64,000 nt of DNA from an uncultured Acidobacteriota bacterium (GTDB lineage: Bacteria > Acidobacteriota > Thermoanaerobaculia > Thermoanaerobaculales > Sulfomarinibacteraceae), in NCBI GenBank assembly GCA_963727925.1, contig CAVSIS010000053.1:32319-96318 (forward strand). The letters are read 5' to 3'. Positions within the stretch are counted from its first letter, which is position 1, and each line of letters starts with the position of its first letter. Under the pieces are notes generated by a model that had not been told where the DNA came from, did no database searches, and was given only the letters and a program-made list of their open reading frames with translations. A program made the translations under genes and the position numbers. Below are positions 61,207 through 64,000 of this stretch, piece by piece.

Positions 61207-62415
61207 ATGATGACGACGACCCTTTCCGTTCTGACCGTCGTCGGTGCTGCGCTGGTGTGGCTGATGCATCTCTGCCAGCGTCGATTCCTGTGTGGGCTGC
61301 CGCCTGAGATCCTGAGCCCGCTCCCAGCGATCAGCGTGCTCAAACCGCTCAAGGGCGTCGATGCCGATCTCGAAGGCAACCTGCGCAGCTTCCTCGACTT
61401 CGACTATCCCGAGTACGAGATCCTGCTCGGAATCCAGGACCCGGATGACCCTGCGGTCGCGGTCGCCCGCCGCGTTGCCGCCGACGCGTTGGCGCGCGGC
61501 GTGCGGGCCAGGGTGGTGGTCGACCAACGCGAGATCGGGGCGAACCCCAAGGTCAACAACCTCGCCAATCTGCTCGCGGTGGCGAGCCACGAGGTCATCC
61601 TGATTTCGGACTCCAACGTCGCGGTCGGTGAGGGCTACCTGAAGGGGATGGCCGCCCACCTCCTGCAGCCCGAGGTGGGGATGGTGACGTCGTTCTTCCG
61701 CGGCACCGCCCCACGCGGGCTGGGCGGCGTGCTCGAGGCCGTCCAGCTCAACACCTACGTCATGGGGGCGGTGGCCGCGGCGAGCGGGCTGCTCGGTCGG
61801 GTGTGCGCGGTCGGCAAGTCGATGCTGCTGCGCCGAGGCGACCTCGAACGCATCGGCGGTCTCGGCGAGCTCGGCCGCTACCTCGCCGAGGACCAGGTCT
61901 GCGGCGAGGCCATCCACGCGCTCGGGCTCGGCGTCGTGGTCTGTCCGCAGTTTGTCGACAACGTCCTCGGTGAGGTCTCCGTGCGCCGCTTTGTCTCACG
62001 TCACCTGCGTTGGGCGAGGATCCGACGACACATCAGCCCGTGGGGCTATGCGGCAGAGGTGTTGGCGAACCCGCTGCTGGCGGCGGGCGCCGCCTTCGTG
62101 CTCGACCCCGGACGGACCACCGCCGTGCTCCTGGCCGCCACCGTGGGTCTCGTGGCGGGCTCGGCGCTGGCCTCCGAACGCGCGGTGGGCGTCCGCCGCA
62201 GCCCGGCGCTGTATCTGGTGCTCGAGCCGTTGCGCGAGATCCTGGTCGCGCTGCTGTGGCCGGTGCCGTTCCTGAGTCGGACTGTCGCCTGGCGGGGACG
62301 TGCCTACAAGATCGGGCGCCGCACGCTCCTTGAGCCGCTCGATCAGGCGGTGCGAGTGGATGTGATCGAGGAGCTGGAGCCGGTCCTTGCCGCCGAGGGA
62401 GCCTCGGCCGCCTGA
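61207..62415 (+). CDS. GT21 ceramide-glucosyltransferase/HpnI-like glycosyltransferase
   Basis: ISVLKPLKG, NPKVNNL, ISDS, LAED, RHLRW. Confidence 0.9.
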   Translation: MMTTTLSVLTVVGAALVWLMHLCQRRFLCGLPPEILSPLPAISVLKPLKGVDADLEGNLRSFLDFDYPEYEILLGIQDPDDPAVAVARRVAADALARGVRARVVVDQREIGANPKVNNLANLLAVASHEVILISDSNVAVGEGYLKGMAAHLLQPEVGMVTSFFRGTAPRGLGGVLEAVQLNTYVMGAVAAASGLLGRVCAVGKSMLLRRGDLERIGGLGELGRYLAEDQVCGEAIHALGLGVVVCPQFVDNVLGEVSVRRFVSRHLRWARIRRHISPWGYAAEVLANPLLAAGAAFVLDPGRTTAVLLAATVGLVAGSALASERAVGVRRSPALYLVLEPLREILVALLWPVPFLSRTVAWRGRAYKIGRRTLLEPLDQAVRVDVIEELEPVLAAEGASAA

Positions 62416-62452
62416 ACCCGTGGACTGTGTGGTGAGCGCGGGCGTACCCCGC

Positions 62453-62992
62453 TCACCAGGTCGTGATCACAACCCGCGTGCCGTCCTTCGCCTCGACCGT
62501 GACCAGGCGACCGAATCCAGCCTTTGACAGGACCCGGAAGGCGAGATTCGGGTCGACCGTCTTCCAGTCCCATCTCTCCAAGGCGTCGATCACGCCGTCG
62601 ATCGGGATCGAGCAGCGGACGGTCGCGTCGTCGGCGTCGACGGCGATGTCGAGGTCGTCGCCGCGCTTGGTCACCGTGACCTTGGCATCCGGAGCGTCGA
62701 CGCGCACCAGGGTCGCGTCCGGGGCGTCGTGGAGCGCGTGCAGCGCCTGGAGCACCTGGGGCCGCGCCGTGCGCACCTCGTCGGGAATGGTCGCGTCCTC
62801 AAAGGCCTCGGCGGGGATGAAGCCGGCCGCCACCCGAGCTGCGAACAGCGGGAACGGCACGACGACACGGACGTCGTCCTCGGGCACCTTGACGTCGACC
62901 ACCACCCAGTCGGAGAGCGCGACCGCGGCGGCGAGCCCTGCCACGGTCGCGAGGAGGATCGCGCCGACGGTGGAGATCCCGCGCTGGTTCAT
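62453..62992 (-). CDS. Hypothetical exported protein (paralog of 63008-63553)
   Basis: N-terminal hydrophobic segment, GGAGG SD, similarity to its neighbour. Confidence 0.75.
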   Translation of the reverse strand: MNQRGISTVGAILLATVAGLAAAVALSDWVVVDVKVPEDDVRVVVPFPLFAARVAAGFIPAEAFEDATIPDEVRTARPQVLQALHALHDAPDATLVRVDAPDAKVTVTKRGDDLDIAVDADDATVRCSIPIDGVIDALERWDWKTVDPNLAFRVLSKAGFGRLVTVEAKDGTRVVITTW

Positions 62993-63007
62993 GGTCGCCT
63001 CCCGTTG

Positions 63008-63553
63008 TCACTCGATCCAGATGCGGACGTTGGCCTCATTGGAGGTCACCCGGACGATCTCGCCGTCCGGCAGTCGATCGAGGCCGGCGAGGAGCGTCTT
63101 CACGTCGATTTCGTTGTGTTCGTCGAACGTCAGGGCGTCGATCAGCGTCGCCGGCAGGGTGACGTCGACCACCGCGTGCTCGTCCTCCTTCTGGGTGACG
63201 TGGATGCGGAGCATCCCGGATGCCTTCTGCACTTTCACGTCGGCGTCGTTCGAGGTCACCGTGACGTAGTCGCCGTCCGGCGAGTCCTTGAGCGCCTTCA
63301 TCAGCTGCGGCCAGTCGATGTCGGTGTCGTGATCGAGGTCGATCTGGATCTTGCCGCGGTGGAAGTTCTCGACGTCGACACCGTCGAGGACCGCCATGAC
63401 GAGCCCGAAGGGCAGATGGAGCTCGACGTTTGCTCCTTCCTTGGTGTCGGTCACGTGGACGTTGAGCCACCGGGTGGCGTCGCCGGCCATGACCGGGACA
63501 GCCGCCAGGAGAACCAGGGAAAGCAGCGCAGCGGAAGTTCGCCTCATCGTCAT
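63008..63553 (-). CDS. Hypothetical secreted protein
   Basis: Signal peptide, GGAGGT SD, internal two-fold repeat. Confidence 0.78.
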   Translation of the reverse strand: MTMRRTSAALLSLVLLAAVPVMAGDATRWLNVHVTDTKEGANVELHLPFGLVMAVLDGVDVENFHRGKIQIDLDHDTDIDWPQLMKALKDSPDGDYVTVTSNDADVKVQKASGMLRIHVTQKEDEHAVVDVTLPATLIDALTFDEHNEIDVKTLLAGLDRLPDGEIVRVTSNEANVRIWIE

Positions 63554-63583
63554 ACCGCACCTCCGAACCGTCTCATCCCCTCA

Positions 63584-63608
63584 AACGGGTAGTGGCGAAG
63601 AAAGGTTC
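63584..63608 (-). promoter_or_regulatory. ECF-type promoter GAACC-N16-CGTT
   Basis: GAGAACC-TTTCTTCGCCACTACC-CGTTT upstream of 63553. Confidence 0.5.
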
Positions 63609-63734
63609 TCGGGAGGTCAGAAGGTGAGGAGGTGAAAAGGGGGCGCGAGGCACTCCACTTCCCAAACAACCATGGATGCGCGCGGCGCATGAGAGGAATC
63701 CTGAGGGCGTCGGTCGCGACAGCGGTCGATGCCC

Positions 63735-63935
63735 TCAGGATTCCTTCGGCATCAGGAGCCACAGCAGCAGGTAGACGAGGATCCCGGGAAAGGCGGCCGA
63801 GAGGACCGAGATCAGGACGTAGAGGATGCGGACCACCGTGGGCCGCCAGCCGAGCCACCTCGCGATGCCCCCGCACACGCCGGCGATGATCTGATCCTCG
63901 GACGAGCGGTGCAAAGGGTTGCGGACGGCGTCCAT
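63735..63935 (-). CDS. pspC: PspC domain protein
   Basis: LHRS...IAGVCGGIA, ILVYLLLWLLMP. Confidence 0.92.
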   Translation of the reverse strand: MDAVRNPLHRSSEDQIIAGVCGGIARWLGWRPTVVRILYVLISVLSAAFPGILVYLLLWLLMPKES

Positions 63936-64000
63936 GACACACCTCCATCAGGGTGGAACCCGCCACCAGTATGTGATACGCAGGAGCTGTGAGGAGGTTC

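Overview
GC-rich bacterial chromosomal window with about 55 genes. It is most consistent with Acidobacteriota of the Thermoanaerobaculia type (inference from a lineage-typical extracellular domain). Recognisable content: an ECF sigma/anti-sigma locus, a cstA / small C-terminal-Cys protein / ArsA-ATPase operon, a VOC-WYL pair, two MacAB-like ABC exporters, a complete Rrf2-sufBCDSU-sufT operon, an NhaP-RCK-EIIA fusion with pyk, icmF, a GntR / cysteine-desulfurase-like pair, an MIO ammonia-lyase, a PaoABC-like molybdenum hydroxylase, gor, glycosyltransferases and pspC. No rRNA, tRNA, CRISPR array, prophage or transposase was recognised. Main hidden signals: (1) two small genes that only make sense if an in-frame UGA is read as selenocysteine. 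One ends ...GFR-U-C-stop inside the cstA/ArsA operon (3449-3727). The other is an unannotated 70-aa CxxC-U-CxxC protein (35958-36170). Each UGA is followed by a SECIS-like hairpin with the same C-GGC-G apex. (2) A nested intergenic repeat system of GTAG-type REP doublets, twice interrupted at the same CTTG site by a ~232-bp MITE in opposite orientations. (3) An ammonia-lyase with Ala-Cys-Gly in place of the Ala-Ser-Gly MIO triad. Several single-base frameshifts suggest long-read indel errors.
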